A stretch of 64,000 nt of DNA from positions 8,096,001-8,160,000 of the forward strand of contig OZ244999.1 in the NCBI GenBank assembly GCA_965223265.1, in the 5' to 3' direction. The notes beneath the pieces were generated by a model. That model searched no databases. It saw only the letters and a program-made list of their open reading frames with translations, and was not told where the DNA came from. The position numbers were made by a program, and so were the translations under genes. Below, in pieces: positions 38,801-48,333 of this stretch. Every line of letters begins with the position of its first letter. Position 1 is the first letter of the stretch. The stretch comes from Planctomycetota bacterium (lineage in GTDB: Bacteria; Planctomycetota; UBA8108; SXIK01).

Positions 38801-39737
38801 CGAGGCGAAGAGCGTCGCTGTCGGCGGTGATGAAGCCTCCCTCGGTCCAATCGCACTGGCGAGCGGTGACATCGATGGCGACGGACGTGGCGATGTCGTC
38901 ACTGCAAACATCGACGCCAACAACCTCAGCATTCTTCTCCAGGATGCAAGCGGCGGGTTCAACCAACCGACAGAGCCGCTCGCTGTCGACGGTCTCGACG
39001 GACCACAGAGCGTCGTCGTTGCTGACCTCGACCTTGACGGACGACTTGATCTGTGCACGGCAGGACGGTTCTCGAACACAGTTCATACGCTCCTGCAAGA
39101 CGATACCGGAGCCTTCGTCCCGGACCGTGAACTGGCCAGCACCATACCGAGCGGAACGAGTCTCGCAGCTCCGGTCGCACTTCTTGCAGTGGATGTTCTC
39201 GATGGCGATGGCGTTGTCGAGGTCGTCAGCGCCAACCACGACTCGCACAACGTCACCATATTCCCCACCTCGGCGTCGATCCCTGTGGCGATCGAACTCG
39301 GCGAGGGTGTGCGCCCGATCGCTCTTGCCGCCGGTGACGTCGACAATGATGGCTTGGTTGATCTCGTCACCGCGAACACCGTAGGGCCACTCGCATCGCT
39401 CGCGCGCCAGGAGTCTCCCGGAGCGTTCACCGTCACCACTTTGGCAGCGGCGGAGGCGGGACGTGAAGCAACCGGTGTAGCTGTCGCGAATCTCACTGGC
39501 GATGCATTCGCCGATGTGGCGCTCTCGCTCGCCGGGGATCTCTCGAGCACGATTCGTCTACTGCTCGCTCGCGACTCCAGCGTCGCAGTGGAGCCGTTTC
39601 GACTCGACCTCGAGGATTTGGACATGGATGCCCCGGTTGGCATCGTCGCGGCGGACATTGACGGCGACTGTGAGCTCGACGTTGCGGCGCCGAATCGGCA
39701 GAGTCGGAACACGGTCATTTTCTACGGTGGTCGATGA
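35877..39737 (+). CDS. Large FG-GAP/VCBS-repeat surface lipoprotein
   Basis: Lipobox LPGC; about 14 D-x-D-G-D-G-x-x-D type repeats in the C-terminal half; very acidic. Confidence 0.9.
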   Translation: MRLAQIGVGTVALLFALLALPGCNSGLGVLLYLLLEDDDDDDDGGGSTAVGTAVLEFIGIDNARSAPQETVLRVRLRNDAGQPTEVLIEQREVGSTADFTPISIVEPFPGALTDPGKLAAVSTTPTGELHSIGWDALNDFGDSNQRRVLLRFSGELEAPVEVEVLVGNDAPELRDVTFEQLPGEPVVVGVTLVDSASDPVSVQTSFQPGGGTELDPDAYEDATTSGETMELETSAEGMRHEFEWQAGLDLGLVDRPAAIRLVPVDVVDGGSGLEGDEAFDELFLDNNLEPSAEFDPGEVSASGDTRRGVSLPVLVRDREGNPVDLFVQWAGDGDDFPELPEALTTDAVLRAAVLADPAERRALRLATLKPSILRGAVEAVIDDDSVLATWIKREAELRGLVALDFLVGRNAAVDLAEGGSEELRICSYDAGTGLLTFEQPLNVALPPGSVLTIELGVATGLPTSDEGVPHVFVWDTSVDLPGGGETAFRVTPFDRTASMDGSDDCGRVFVTDDTTVVAGGRGAATPGAPAKSTTGPFRVDDAMVVPTAPVDSVVALRRKDLDGDGSTDLVFVAAGSDAIVAKLQTKPGRFDELRLPDANLRSPAGLAVMDFDGNGLVDIAATSMETAKVLLIRQHEGNDFFSDRVVLDAADSLSEPRGLAAADVDGDGGLDLLLLHSPEGGSQLVVFRQGTPTSSGSECLVPEEGYTACLFATPEGSADLGVFTHADLDGDGDVDVAAAGGDSIVVFVGDGAGSFVSSVAVTAAAAEFTAINCVDVNADGSRDLVVINGSQLEVYPQLANGDYDASPLVLASELESDGVTGAERLGSGDFDSNGVVDFLVLQRAAGGSSGSILALFGDDLGLYSGSPLPLAADGIADVQSEPAAGALSIGSIDPRREPGVVASLGSGRSLFLFHAAGSGSFREPAQVLSSEDPVGEAPVALAAADVMADGRVDLLTVSRESGELTIWDQKAIGDFEAKSVAVGGDEASLGPIALASGDIDGDGRGDVVTANIDANNLSILLQDASGGFNQPTEPLAVDGLDGPQSVVVADLDLDGRLDLCTAGRFSNTVHTLLQDDTGAFVPDRELASTIPSGTSLAAPVALLAVDVLDGDGVVEVVSANHDSHNVTIFPTSASIPVAIELGEGVRPIALAAGDVDNDGLVDLVTANTVGPLASLARQESPGAFTVTTLAAAEAGREATGVAVANLTGDAFADVALSLAGDLSSTIRLLLARDSSVAVEPFRLDLEDLDMDAPVGIVAADIDGDCELDVAAPNRQSRNTVIFYGGR

Positions 39738-39790
39738 CGCACGTCGTGCACCTGCATCCTTCTTCGCGGAGAGTCTGCAAGGGAAGTGCC

Positions 39791-40636
39791 TCACGCCGGC
39801 GTTTTCTTTTTCGCCCCACCTTTGCTGCTCTGTGCGGAGCCTAGAACGCGGCTCTTGATGCCCACCGAGAGCTGTACAAGCGCGAAGATCACGAGCGCTG
39901 CGAGAGCGTGCGTGAAATAGAAGGAGAAGACGCCCCACCAGGCGGGAAAGTAGAAGAACTGAGCCCACCAGCCGCGGCTCATGACGGGGAATCCCATTCC
40001 CATCCACTCGGCGAAGTAGACGACGAGCCCGAGAGCGATCACGACAACGCCGGCCCAGAGAAACTCTTTGCCGCGGAGACGAAAATTGGCGAACACCGGC
40101 GCGAGGATGTAGAGGAGTAACAGGTAGCCCAGCGGCCTGGCGCGAATTTCGCTCAGCCAGCTGCGAAGTCCTCCGAGGTAGTGGCGCAGATCGAGTTCAA
40201 TTCGACCTTCGAGCCACTCGTATGGGTAGACGCTCGGCAGCTTCACGAGATCGGCGCGGACGAGACCGGCAGTCTGCAAGTTGTACACCGCGACGACGAA
40301 CACGGTGTAGAAGAGAGCGTGCGACACGAGGAGGAACAGTGCACCGGCGAAGTACGGCACCTTGTCCCGGTCCACAGAGATCACGGGGCAGGCGTCGCGG
40401 AGGGGCTCAGAGCGAATCTTTCCCCCGATGCAAAGCCAAGAGGCGGCCGTGTGCACGACGACCGTCAGGAACGTGCCGGGCAGGAAGAGCACCTTGAACC
40501 AGCGCCGGTCCCGCCACGGCCCGATAAGCTTTCCGATGCACAGAAGCACGGCGCTGTAGATTCCGAGCCATGCAACGATGTGCAGCATTTCTGCGGGACT
40601 CCAGAGTGGCAGTTTTCTCAGGCGTCGAGCCGTCAC
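39791..40636 (-). CDS. Hypothetical integral membrane protein
   Basis: Multiple TM helices; LFLPGT..H motif; start may be ATG 40588. Confidence 0.75.
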   Translation of the reverse strand: MTARRLRKLPLWSPAEMLHIVAWLGIYSAVLLCIGKLIGPWRDRRWFKVLFLPGTFLTVVVHTAASWLCIGGKIRSEPLRDACPVISVDRDKVPYFAGALFLLVSHALFYTVFVVAVYNLQTAGLVRADLVKLPSVYPYEWLEGRIELDLRHYLGGLRSWLSEIRARPLGYLLLLYILAPVFANFRLRGKEFLWAGVVVIALGLVVYFAEWMGMGFPVMSRGWWAQFFYFPAWWGVFSFYFTHALAALVIFALVQLSVGIKSRVLGSAQSSKGGAKKKTPA

Positions 40637-40721
40637 TCGCGGGAAAACGAGCTTTGCATCCGCGGATGCGTTACGTCAGGATGCTCGCTCATCCATAGAA
40701 TCGGCTCAGGAGCTACTGATC

Positions 40722-42128
40722 ATGACAAGCACGGTATCGTTTCGACAGGAATCGGACACCATGGGCACCGTCGAGGTGCAGGCTGATCGCTACTGGGGCG
40801 CTCAGACGCAGCGGTCTCTGCAGAACTTTGAGATCGGTGAGGAGCGCATGCCGCGTCCTATCGTGCGTGCGCTCGGCATCGTCAAGAAGGCTGCTGCCCT
40901 CGTCAACATGGAGTTCGGCAAGCTTGACCGTGGACTTGGTGAGGTGATCTGTCGCGCCGCCGACGAAGTGATCTCAGGCGACCTAGACGACAACTTCCCG
41001 CTTGTCGTCTGGCAGACCGGATCCGGGACGCAAAGCAACATGAACGCCAACGAGGTCATCGCCAATCGCGCGATCGAGCTTCTCGGTGGTGAGGTCGGCT
41101 CGAAGACACCGGTGCATCCGAACGACCACTGCAACATGAGTCAGTCGTCGAACGACACATTTCCAACCGCGATGCACATCGCCGCAGCGGAGCAAATCGT
41201 CGGTGAGTTCGTCACCTCGTTGCAGGATCTCCATGGCTCGTTCGATCAACATGCGAAGGCTTTCGCCGACATTGTCAAGCTCGGTCGCACACACATGCAG
41301 GACGCGACGCCGCTCACTCTCGGGCAGGAATTCTCCGGCTACGCGCAGCAGATTCTCTACGGTGTCGAACGCGTCCAAGGCGCGCTGCCGCGGCTTTATG
41401 AATTGGCGCAGGGTGGCACGGCGGTTGGCACGGGCCTCAACAGTCCGGAGGGGTTCGATCGACAGTTCGCGGCGGAGGTCGCCAAGCTGACCGGTCTCCC
41501 GTTCGTCACTGCGGTCAATAAATTCGAAGCGCTCGCCGCGCACGACGCGTTGGTCGAGGTTTCCGGCGCACTCAACACGATGGCGGCGAGTCTGATGAAA
41601 ATTGCCAACGATCTCCGACTGCTCGGTTCGGGGCCGAGGTGCGGGCTGGGCGAGCTGCAGCTTCCGGCCAATGAACCGGGATCTTCGATCATGCCTGGCA
41701 AGGTGAATCCGACGCAGTGCGAGGCCTTGACGATGGTGTGCGCGCAGGTGATGGGAAACCACGTCACCGTGACGGTTGCTGGGGCGAGCGGTCACATGGA
41801 GCTGAACGTGTTCAAGCCCGTCATGATCTTCAACGTCCTGCAGTCGGTTCGTCTCTTGGCCGACGCGGCGCGTAGTTTCAAGAAGAACTGTGTCGATGGT
41901 CTGGTTCCCGACCGCGAGCGCATCGCCAAGCTGGTGAGTGAGTCGTTGATGCTCGTCACCGCTCTGAATCCGCATATCGGCTATGACAACGCCGCCAAGG
42001 TCGCCAAGAAGGCCTACAATGACGGCACGTCACTCAAGGAGGCCGCTGTCGCCCTCGAGTTGCTCACGGCCGAGCAGTTCGATCAGTGGGTACGACCCGA
42101 AAGAATGGTCGGCCCAACACCGCGATAG
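40722..42128 (+). CDS. fumC: Class II fumarate hydratase
   Basis: [41 protein letters not shown] signature; AGGAG SD. Confidence 0.98.
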   Translation: MTSTVSFRQESDTMGTVEVQADRYWGAQTQRSLQNFEIGEERMPRPIVRALGIVKKAAALVNMEFGKLDRGLGEVICRAADEVISGDLDDNFPLVVWQTGSGTQSNMNANEVIANRAIELLGGEVGSKTPVHPNDHCNMSQSSNDTFPTAMHIAAAEQIVGEFVTSLQDLHGSFDQHAKAFADIVKLGRTHMQDATPLTLGQEFSGYAQQILYGVERVQGALPRLYELAQGGTAVGTGLNSPEGFDRQFAAEVAKLTGLPFVTAVNKFEALAAHDALVEVSGALNTMAASLMKIANDLRLLGSGPRCGLGELQLPANEPGSSIMPGKVNPTQCEALTMVCAQVMGNHVTVTVAGASGHMELNVFKPVMIFNVLQSVRLLADAARSFKKNCVDGLVPDRERIAKLVSESLMLVTALNPHIGYDNAAKVAKKAYNDGTSLKEAAVALELLTAEQFDQWVRPERMVGPTPR

Positions 42129-42178
42129 TTGCCGCGACCTTTTCCGCACTGATCGAGCCGGCCTCGCGCCGCACCTGT

Positions 42179-43129
42179 CTATGGACAGCTGCAGAGCCCC
42201 CCGAGGAAGTCCTCTGTCGCGTCGATGCCGCACTCCACGGGGCCTGGCGACCGCGGTGGCTCCTCGCCAGCGAACAGAAAGTTGAGGGTTGCTACTGCAT
42301 CGGAGAGGTCGAGGATGCCGTCATCATTCGCATCGCAGGCGTCGTCGCAAAAGCCTCGCTCTCCCTCGATGAAAAGGTGATTGAGGTTGAAGATCGGGTC
42401 GGAAATGTTGACCCTTGCATCGCCATTGCAGTCGCCGCGCCGAAACGTCGGCGTACGCCGCGAGCAAGACGGGCGAATCTGAGGCGACGTGTAGCCAGCG
42501 TCATTCTTAAACACCAACACGACCTCATCCACCGCGGTGACGGTGTCCGAACCCACTCCAGGCGAGGATGGTGTCAACGCTTCAACCGACGTGGCGCCTT
42601 GGCCGATGCTCGCCGTCAGCTGTGCGCCAGCGAACGTCAGCTCGCCGGACGTCCACGCGTCGGCTCCTGGCTGCCAAGTCAAGCGGAGCATGCCGCCCAT
42701 GACCGGAATCAGCTCACAGTCTAGGTCGGCGACGGGCTCCGGGATTGGGCTCGACTCCAACACTTCGAACTCGACGTTCACCCAAGGCGAAACACGATCG
42801 CCAAGACGACCGCGCACGCCGAACGAATGCTGCCCCGGAGACGCCGTGACCGTGCCGCGACCGTCGGCGCCGTCGCCATCGCCAGCAGCCACCGGCTGCG
42901 TGACAACGTCGTCGACGGCGAACTCGACGGCTTCGTACATCTCGGGATTATTCCAAGAGACCCGAACATGTCCCTCGCCGGTCGAGCTGACCGCTGGATA
43001 GTCGACTTGGCAGACCGCAACGTCTGCCGGGACTTCGAGATCTTCGATCTCTTGAGAGTTTGCACCACCGCACAACCCGAACAGTAACCCCCCGGCGATC
43101 GCCGGCACGCCGAACATTCGCACCGTCAT
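42179..43129 (-). CDS. Secreted protein with Fn3/Ig-like modules and C-terminal dockerin-like domain
   Basis: SD AGGAG, signal peptide, VRVSWNN / LRLTWQP beta modules, tail FRRGDCNGD...CDDACDANDDG. Confidence 0.85.
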   Translation of the reverse strand: MTVRMFGVPAIAGGLLFGLCGGANSQEIEDLEVPADVAVCQVDYPAVSSTGEGHVRVSWNNPEMYEAVEFAVDDVVTQPVAAGDGDGADGRGTVTASPGQHSFGVRGRLGDRVSPWVNVEFEVLESSPIPEPVADLDCELIPVMGGMLRLTWQPGADAWTSGELTFAGAQLTASIGQGATSVEALTPSSPGVGSDTVTAVDEVVLVFKNDAGYTSPQIRPSCSRRTPTFRRGDCNGDARVNISDPIFNLNHLFIEGERGFCDDACDANDDGILDLSDAVATLNFLFAGEEPPRSPGPVECGIDATEDFLGGLCSCP

Positions 43130-43173
43130 TTGAGCCACTCCTGATTCCACCGTTCTTCCCAAGTTCGGGCTTG

Positions 43174-43179
43174 ATTATA
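43174..43179 (-). promoter_or_regulatory. Putative sigma-70 -10 box (TATAAT) for the dockerin-tail gene
   Basis: Perfect TATAAT on the minus strand ~45 bp upstream of ATG 43129; no clear -35. Confidence 0.4.
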
Positions 43180-43321
43180 CTAACAACCGGCGCCGTTGGG
43201 TCCTGCAACGTTGCGGTTTTTCATGCGCCTTGGTTCAGCGGTTGTTAGGTGCGTTTTGTTTCGCGGCTAACCCGTGCGGCGCATCCGGCTGGGCGCGCCT
43301 CGAACGGAGATCGACTCACGG

Positions 43322-43903
43322 ATGACGTCTGAAGAAGCCTCAAGCGTCTCTGCAGTTTGCCCCAGCGGCGCGCTCGTCCGTCTCGTGAGGGGCGACATCA
43401 CCGAGCAGCACGTCGACGCCATCGTCAATGCCGCGAACTCGGGCCTCCTCGGGGGTGGTGGTGTCGACGGCGCGATTCACCGCCGGGGCGGACCGGAGAT
43501 TCTCGCCGCGTGCAAAGAGATTCGCCTACGCTCCGGCAGGTGCCCCACTGGTGAGGCCGTCGTTACTGTGGCAGGACGACTACCATGTCGAAGCGTCATT
43601 CACACCGTCGGACCCGTGTGGCGCGGTGGCGACCAAAGAGAAGAGGCTCTTCTGCGTCGCGCCTATGCGTCGAGTCTCAGAATGGCCCACGAAGTGAACG
43701 CTCGCACTGTGGCGTTCCCCTCCGTTTCTACCGGTGCGTATGGCTACCCAATCGCCGAGGCGAGCATTGCCGCTCTGGACGAGGTCGCGCGCTGCGCTGC
43801 GCTCCACGGCTCGTTTACCGAGGTTAGGTTCGTGCTCTTTTCGTCGGCCGATTTCGACGTCTACCGATGTAGCCTCGAACGGCTTGCGAGCAGCTGGACT
43901 TGA
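43322..43903 (+). CDS. ymdB: Macro-domain O-acetyl-ADP-ribose deacetylase
   Basis: GDIT, DAIVNAAN, GGGGVDGAIH, HTVGPVW, AFPSVSTGAYGYP. Confidence 0.93.
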   Translation: MTSEEASSVSAVCPSGALVRLVRGDITEQHVDAIVNAANSGLLGGGGVDGAIHRRGGPEILAACKEIRLRSGRCPTGEAVVTVAGRLPCRSVIHTVGPVWRGGDQREEALLRRAYASSLRMAHEVNARTVAFPSVSTGAYGYPIAEASIAALDEVARCAALHGSFTEVRFVLFSSADFDVYRCSLERLASSWT

Positions 43904-44223
43904 GCCGCTGAATCCGTACAGGAGTCATTGCGAGATCTCAGCGCGATGCGGGCGCGGATCGCCGTTTTTTTGCGGAATCACAGCCGTCTCGGTAAGCCTC
44001 GGAAGTAACATGGAGGATTCTCTCGCGTCGCGTCGCGGGCGAGCACAGTTGACCTGCATTCGTCGAGCGAACCGTTTTTGGCTCCGTTCGCAGGCATTTG
44101 GTGCCGCGTTCGCGCGACCGGCCGGCGCGTGGGCACCGGAACGCATGGAGTCGATGTCGCAGCTGTCGAACCTCCTGAGTCCGCATCATTCCCAGCTTGT
44201 CACCGTTCGGGAGATTCGTTTTC

Positions 44224-45714
44224 ATGTTGTCGTCCAGGCGCTTTCTTGCGGAAAACGCCACCGCCGCTCGTCTCCACGCGCAGCTCTGCAGTGACCGCTT
44301 CATTCACCTGATCGACGACCCGGACGATTTGGCGCGGCTGCGGCAAGACGTGCACCGGATAGCGGCGGACATGGATGACCCCGACCGTCCGCCGCCGATG
44401 TTTTGGACGGGAATTCCTTTTCCCACGCGAGTCTCGCCGCCGTCCCACGGTTACTGCCTGGTGATTTCCGTCGGCGGAACGAAAACCACCTTCGCCCTGA
44501 TGCGACTCGATCGAGGCGAGTTGAAGATTGTCGACCGCCGCGGCGTCGACGTCGCCGGTGCGGATGTGGCGCGTGTCAAGCGGGACTTTACCATGCCGAC
44601 GCCTGGTCCCGAGCAGGCCGCCAGCGGTCGCGAGATGGTGCAGCAGATGGTGGCGGCGATCGCCGCAGCGTTTGCTGCTTGCAGGAGCGCGCTGGAGCGC
44701 ACCGAGCACGTCCTGCTGAGCTGGGGCTACGCTCACGAAGTCGTGCGCTGCGCGCCGACGGTTCTCGGCGGAGTGACGGCACGCGTGACGCAGATGCAAA
44801 AGGACCAGGAAGTGTTCGACGCCGATCTGCGCGGCTGCGACATCGGACAGCTCTTCTCGTCAGCCTTGCTCGAACAGACAGGGCTCGATCGTCCGCTCAC
44901 CGTGGCGAACGATGCGGTCATGGCCCTCCACTATTTTTTGGTACCGGAGGCCGTGAAACGCTTTCACCAGATCGGCCTCTTGATCAACGGCACGGGAACT
45001 AACTTCGCCATTGCAGAACCATACGTGGAGCCGGCCGGGGTTGATTTCGTCCCGCGAGAGCCGAAGCGAACCGGATTCGCCGATCCGGTGCCAAGGGGGA
45101 TGAGGCGTGAACGCTACTTCGTCAACTACGAGACCGGAAGCATAGAGCTGCAAGCGACAGCGAGCGCGCTGGACGCTGACAGCCGCTATCCGCTCGAAGA
45201 GAACGCACTCGCGGGCGGCAGAGCGTTCGGACACGGGTTTCGGGAGATCCTCCGCCGTCACGTGGGGGAGGACTTCGCCGCGGCGCTCGAAGCCGCAACG
45301 GCAACAGGGGGCGCACTGAAGGGGCCGGAGGTGTCGCTGATCGCATGTGGTGGTCCGGAGGCGCTAAGTGGCGTGTTTCCGCGATGGAATTTGGACGAAG
45401 AGGCCGCCTCGATGGTTTGTCTTGCAGCACGCGCCGTGCTCGAGAGATCAGCGCTCCACGCAGCCATGGTGCTCGCCGCAGTAACCCATCGACTGCAGTT
45501 CGGGCTTGGATCGGACGATCGCGCCGACCTTCTCGCCGTCGAAGGAAGCGTTTGGTCGACGCACGGGTACTGGCCGCTGGTGCGCGACTTCTGGGCGCGC
45601 CTCGTCGCGCCGGCTCAACTCCGGGTGGAAGAGGCGCATGAGCCAAGCTTCGATGCCAGTTTGCCCGGACCCGTTTATCTGGCGGCGAATCATTCCACCG
45701 ATGGCCGCCACTAA
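44224..45714 (+). CDS. Hexokinase-family (eukaryote-type fold) sugar kinase-like protein
   Basis: Ordered motif equivalents: ISVGGTKT, TVANDAV, IGLLINGTGTN, VNYETG, LEENALAG, AVEGSVW. Confidence 0.7.
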   Translation: MLSSRRFLAENATAARLHAQLCSDRFIHLIDDPDDLARLRQDVHRIAADMDDPDRPPPMFWTGIPFPTRVSPPSHGYCLVISVGGTKTTFALMRLDRGELKIVDRRGVDVAGADVARVKRDFTMPTPGPEQAASGREMVQQMVAAIAAAFAACRSALERTEHVLLSWGYAHEVVRCAPTVLGGVTARVTQMQKDQEVFDADLRGCDIGQLFSSALLEQTGLDRPLTVANDAVMALHYFLVPEAVKRFHQIGLLINGTGTNFAIAEPYVEPAGVDFVPREPKRTGFADPVPRGMRRERYFVNYETGSIELQATASALDADSRYPLEENALAGGRAFGHGFREILRRHVGEDFAAALEAATATGGALKGPEVSLIACGGPEALSGVFPRWNLDEEAASMVCLAARAVLERSALHAAMVLAAVTHRLQFGLGSDDRADLLAVEGSVWSTHGYWPLVRDFWARLVAPAQLRVEEAHEPSFDASLPGPVYLAANHSTDGRH

Positions 45715-46420
45715 CTTTTCCCCATCCGCTTGTGAGTTTGGATGTTGTGCGTTGAGCCTGGGGGTGTCGAGCGTTGAGCATCGTGCTGGGGCGCCGGAGC
45801 GGGTTTTTTTGGACATGGGCAGGCCGCGGGCAAGCCGTGTTGCCGGGACGAAAGCCCCAAGGCGCTCCCGATTGCGTTCAACTCGTTCGGCCGGGCCAGG
45901 GCCCGAACGACCAAGCCCAAACGAATGGTTTCTGCCAGGGTCGATTCCCGCCGAGCAGCCGGCGAAAATGGGGGCGCGAAACGTGTCTTTTTGCCCCGGA
46001 GAAGCGACTTCGTGGTCGGGTCTCGCAGGTCTTCGGGGTGGTGTTCGGGTGGTTCGTTCCGAGCCCGAAGCGAAGTCGAGTTGAGCCTGCCGTTCGTTGC
46101 CGTAACTCCGCCCTGCGAACGATTTCTCCGCGGTCCAGCATCAGTTCGCCGTGCCACCACACGTCTTGAGAGGTTCTTGACGCTCTTCGCCACAATTTGC
46201 GGGCCGAAGCTTGAAAAGGGCGCATCGCGACCAGTAGAATCGCTACCGCCTTCCCTGTTTTCCCAAACAACACAAGCTTTCCTCCTGCCTGGAGTGGCCC
46301 CCACGAGAGGTCCACGACTTGTGTTCCCGCTTTGGGGAAGCCGTATGCCTCCTGCGTACGGTCACTGGAATCGGTCACTGGAAACGGTGACAGCAGCTGA
46401 AAGGTAAAAGGTTAAGAGGA

Positions 46421-48091
46421 ATGGGTATTCCGTCGATCCGTCTATTTTGTCGCCGTCTCTTCGCGTCTCGACTTGTCGCGTTCGGCATTGCAGCCGCAGC
46501 GTGCCTCGGTGTTTCGAGTTGCGACAACAACGAGAGTAGCTCCAAAGTTGCGCCTGAGTTGTTTGTCGCGCCGGTCGCTGAACCCGCCAGCTCGCAGGGA
46601 CTCCGCGTGCTGCTGGACAAGTTCGACATCTTGGCTCCTATCGATCCGAGCCTCCTGCGCAGCGAGGTCCTGTCGCGTCAAGCGGACCTGCGGGTGCTTG
46701 CTGAGCTTCCCGACAATGACTTGCTTCTTTACGAGGGTCAGAGCCGGTCTGTGTTGACGATGTCTCAGTGCCTGAGCGGCTGTGGCCCCGAGCCGGTCCG
46801 ACTTCATTACAGCGCCACGGGCCTCAGCGAGGCGCAGGGCTCGCCGCAGTCAAGCATCTCAACGAGCGTTGATCCTGTTCTGCTGCGCAACGGCTGGGTG
46901 CTCGCTTTTGATTCGAATACCCGCAACATCGTTGCCTTCAAGAAGGCGCCGACCGCCGCGGTCACCAACGATAACGGTGTCCCGATCGACCTGCCGTTCC
47001 GCCGCGCATCGAATCAGATCAGCGCCAACTTCGGCCAGGGTAACGGCCTCTTCATGTCGATCGTGATTTCTGGCGAGCAGCTTGATGCCGACCTGGCCGC
47101 CAATGTCATCACGCGCATGTTTGAGATCGAGGACAACAAGGTCGTTGTTCTCTTCGCGACTCTGCCGTCGATGCATATCCTGGATCTCCGCGAGGAGATG
47201 GTGACGGTGGACTACGACCTCGATATCACCTCGCCAAGTGACTTTGACCGTGTCGAGGTTCCGCAGCTGCGTGGTCGGATTGAGCTTTTCCCGCGCGATC
47301 CATCGAACCCGACCAGCGTGCGCGATCAACCGTTTCTGTCTTTTCGTACGATTTCCGAGCGCGTGACCGACAGCCAGCTTGTGAACGTGTCGGATTTCGC
47401 CCCCGTGACGCTCCCCGACGATGGCAGTGCGCTCTTCTTCGACACCGAGACGTTCACCTTCTTTCGCGTTCGGGCGATCAAGCAATTTGATCCGAGTTCC
47501 GGAACGGAGGTGATCACCGGCGGATTTCCTGTCTTGGCCGTCAGCAATCTGACGCTCTTCGAGACGCTGCGGGAGTCGGCCGGTCTGACGTCGACGAGCG
47601 GACCCTTCACCATGACACGGTCCTTCTTCCACCCGACCAACACAGAGCTTTGCGTCATGGAAGAAGAGACGAACAACATCGTTTGCTACGACTACACGCG
47701 GCCGAATCCGGTCGATCCGACCGTGCGAGCGGATCGAAACCTGCGCGTGTTCGTCTCGTCCAACAATTTAGCGTTGGCGTTCGACCCACAAGGCATTGGC
47801 GGCACCGGCAGCGAGCGCGAGCTCGTCTTCGCGACTGCGGACGTGCGCGAGAATCGACTCGCGTTCGATCGACGTCAGGACCAGCTGCTCAGCATCAGCT
47901 ACTCCTCCGGCAACGTCGTGGTCACCGCTCGTCGCGCGGACTTGATCCAGGCCACAGGCGGTGCCCTCGCCGACCTCATCATGCTGCGACCTCTGACGGA
48001 AGAGAACGTCCGCATGTTGGACGCCCAGGCGGTCGCACTGCTCGAGGCGCCGCTAAACTACGAAGCGTTCCCGGTGGAGTTCTCCAACTGA
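46421..48091 (+). CDS. Hypothetical lipoprotein, probable beta-propeller
   Basis: Lipobox-like VSSC; recurring L(A/F)FD-x4-hydrophobic strands. Confidence 0.78.
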   Translation: MGIPSIRLFCRRLFASRLVAFGIAAAACLGVSSCDNNESSSKVAPELFVAPVAEPASSQGLRVLLDKFDILAPIDPSLLRSEVLSRQADLRVLAELPDNDLLLYEGQSRSVLTMSQCLSGCGPEPVRLHYSATGLSEAQGSPQSSISTSVDPVLLRNGWVLAFDSNTRNIVAFKKAPTAAVTNDNGVPIDLPFRRASNQISANFGQGNGLFMSIVISGEQLDADLAANVITRMFEIEDNKVVVLFATLPSMHILDLREEMVTVDYDLDITSPSDFDRVEVPQLRGRIELFPRDPSNPTSVRDQPFLSFRTISERVTDSQLVNVSDFAPVTLPDDGSALFFDTETFTFFRVRAIKQFDPSSGTEVITGGFPVLAVSNLTLFETLRESAGLTSTSGPFTMTRSFFHPTNTELCVMEEETNNIVCYDYTRPNPVDPTVRADRNLRVFVSSNNLALAFDPQGIGGTGSERELVFATADVRENRLAFDRRQDQLLSISYSSGNVVVTARRADLIQATGGALADLIMLRPLTEENVRMLDAQAVALLEAPLNYEAFPVEFSN

Positions 48092-48333
48092 GCGCCCTTG
48101 CGGGATAAGCTGATCCGAGTGCAGCGAAGCATTTGCGGTTGACAGAACCGTCGTGGCAAGGATGCTACGTCACGTGCGTGGTCTCGCGGACGATGCCGCT
48201 CGGGCTGTGCGCGGCAGAATTTCTGCCCGCGTTGCTCGTGTGTCGCGGGAGCGGCACTGCTGGGCCCTTAGCGCTGACGCCGGCGCGCCGCGTGGCCTCG
48301 CTGCGTTTCGGCTCAACATCTCGAGGTGTTTCT

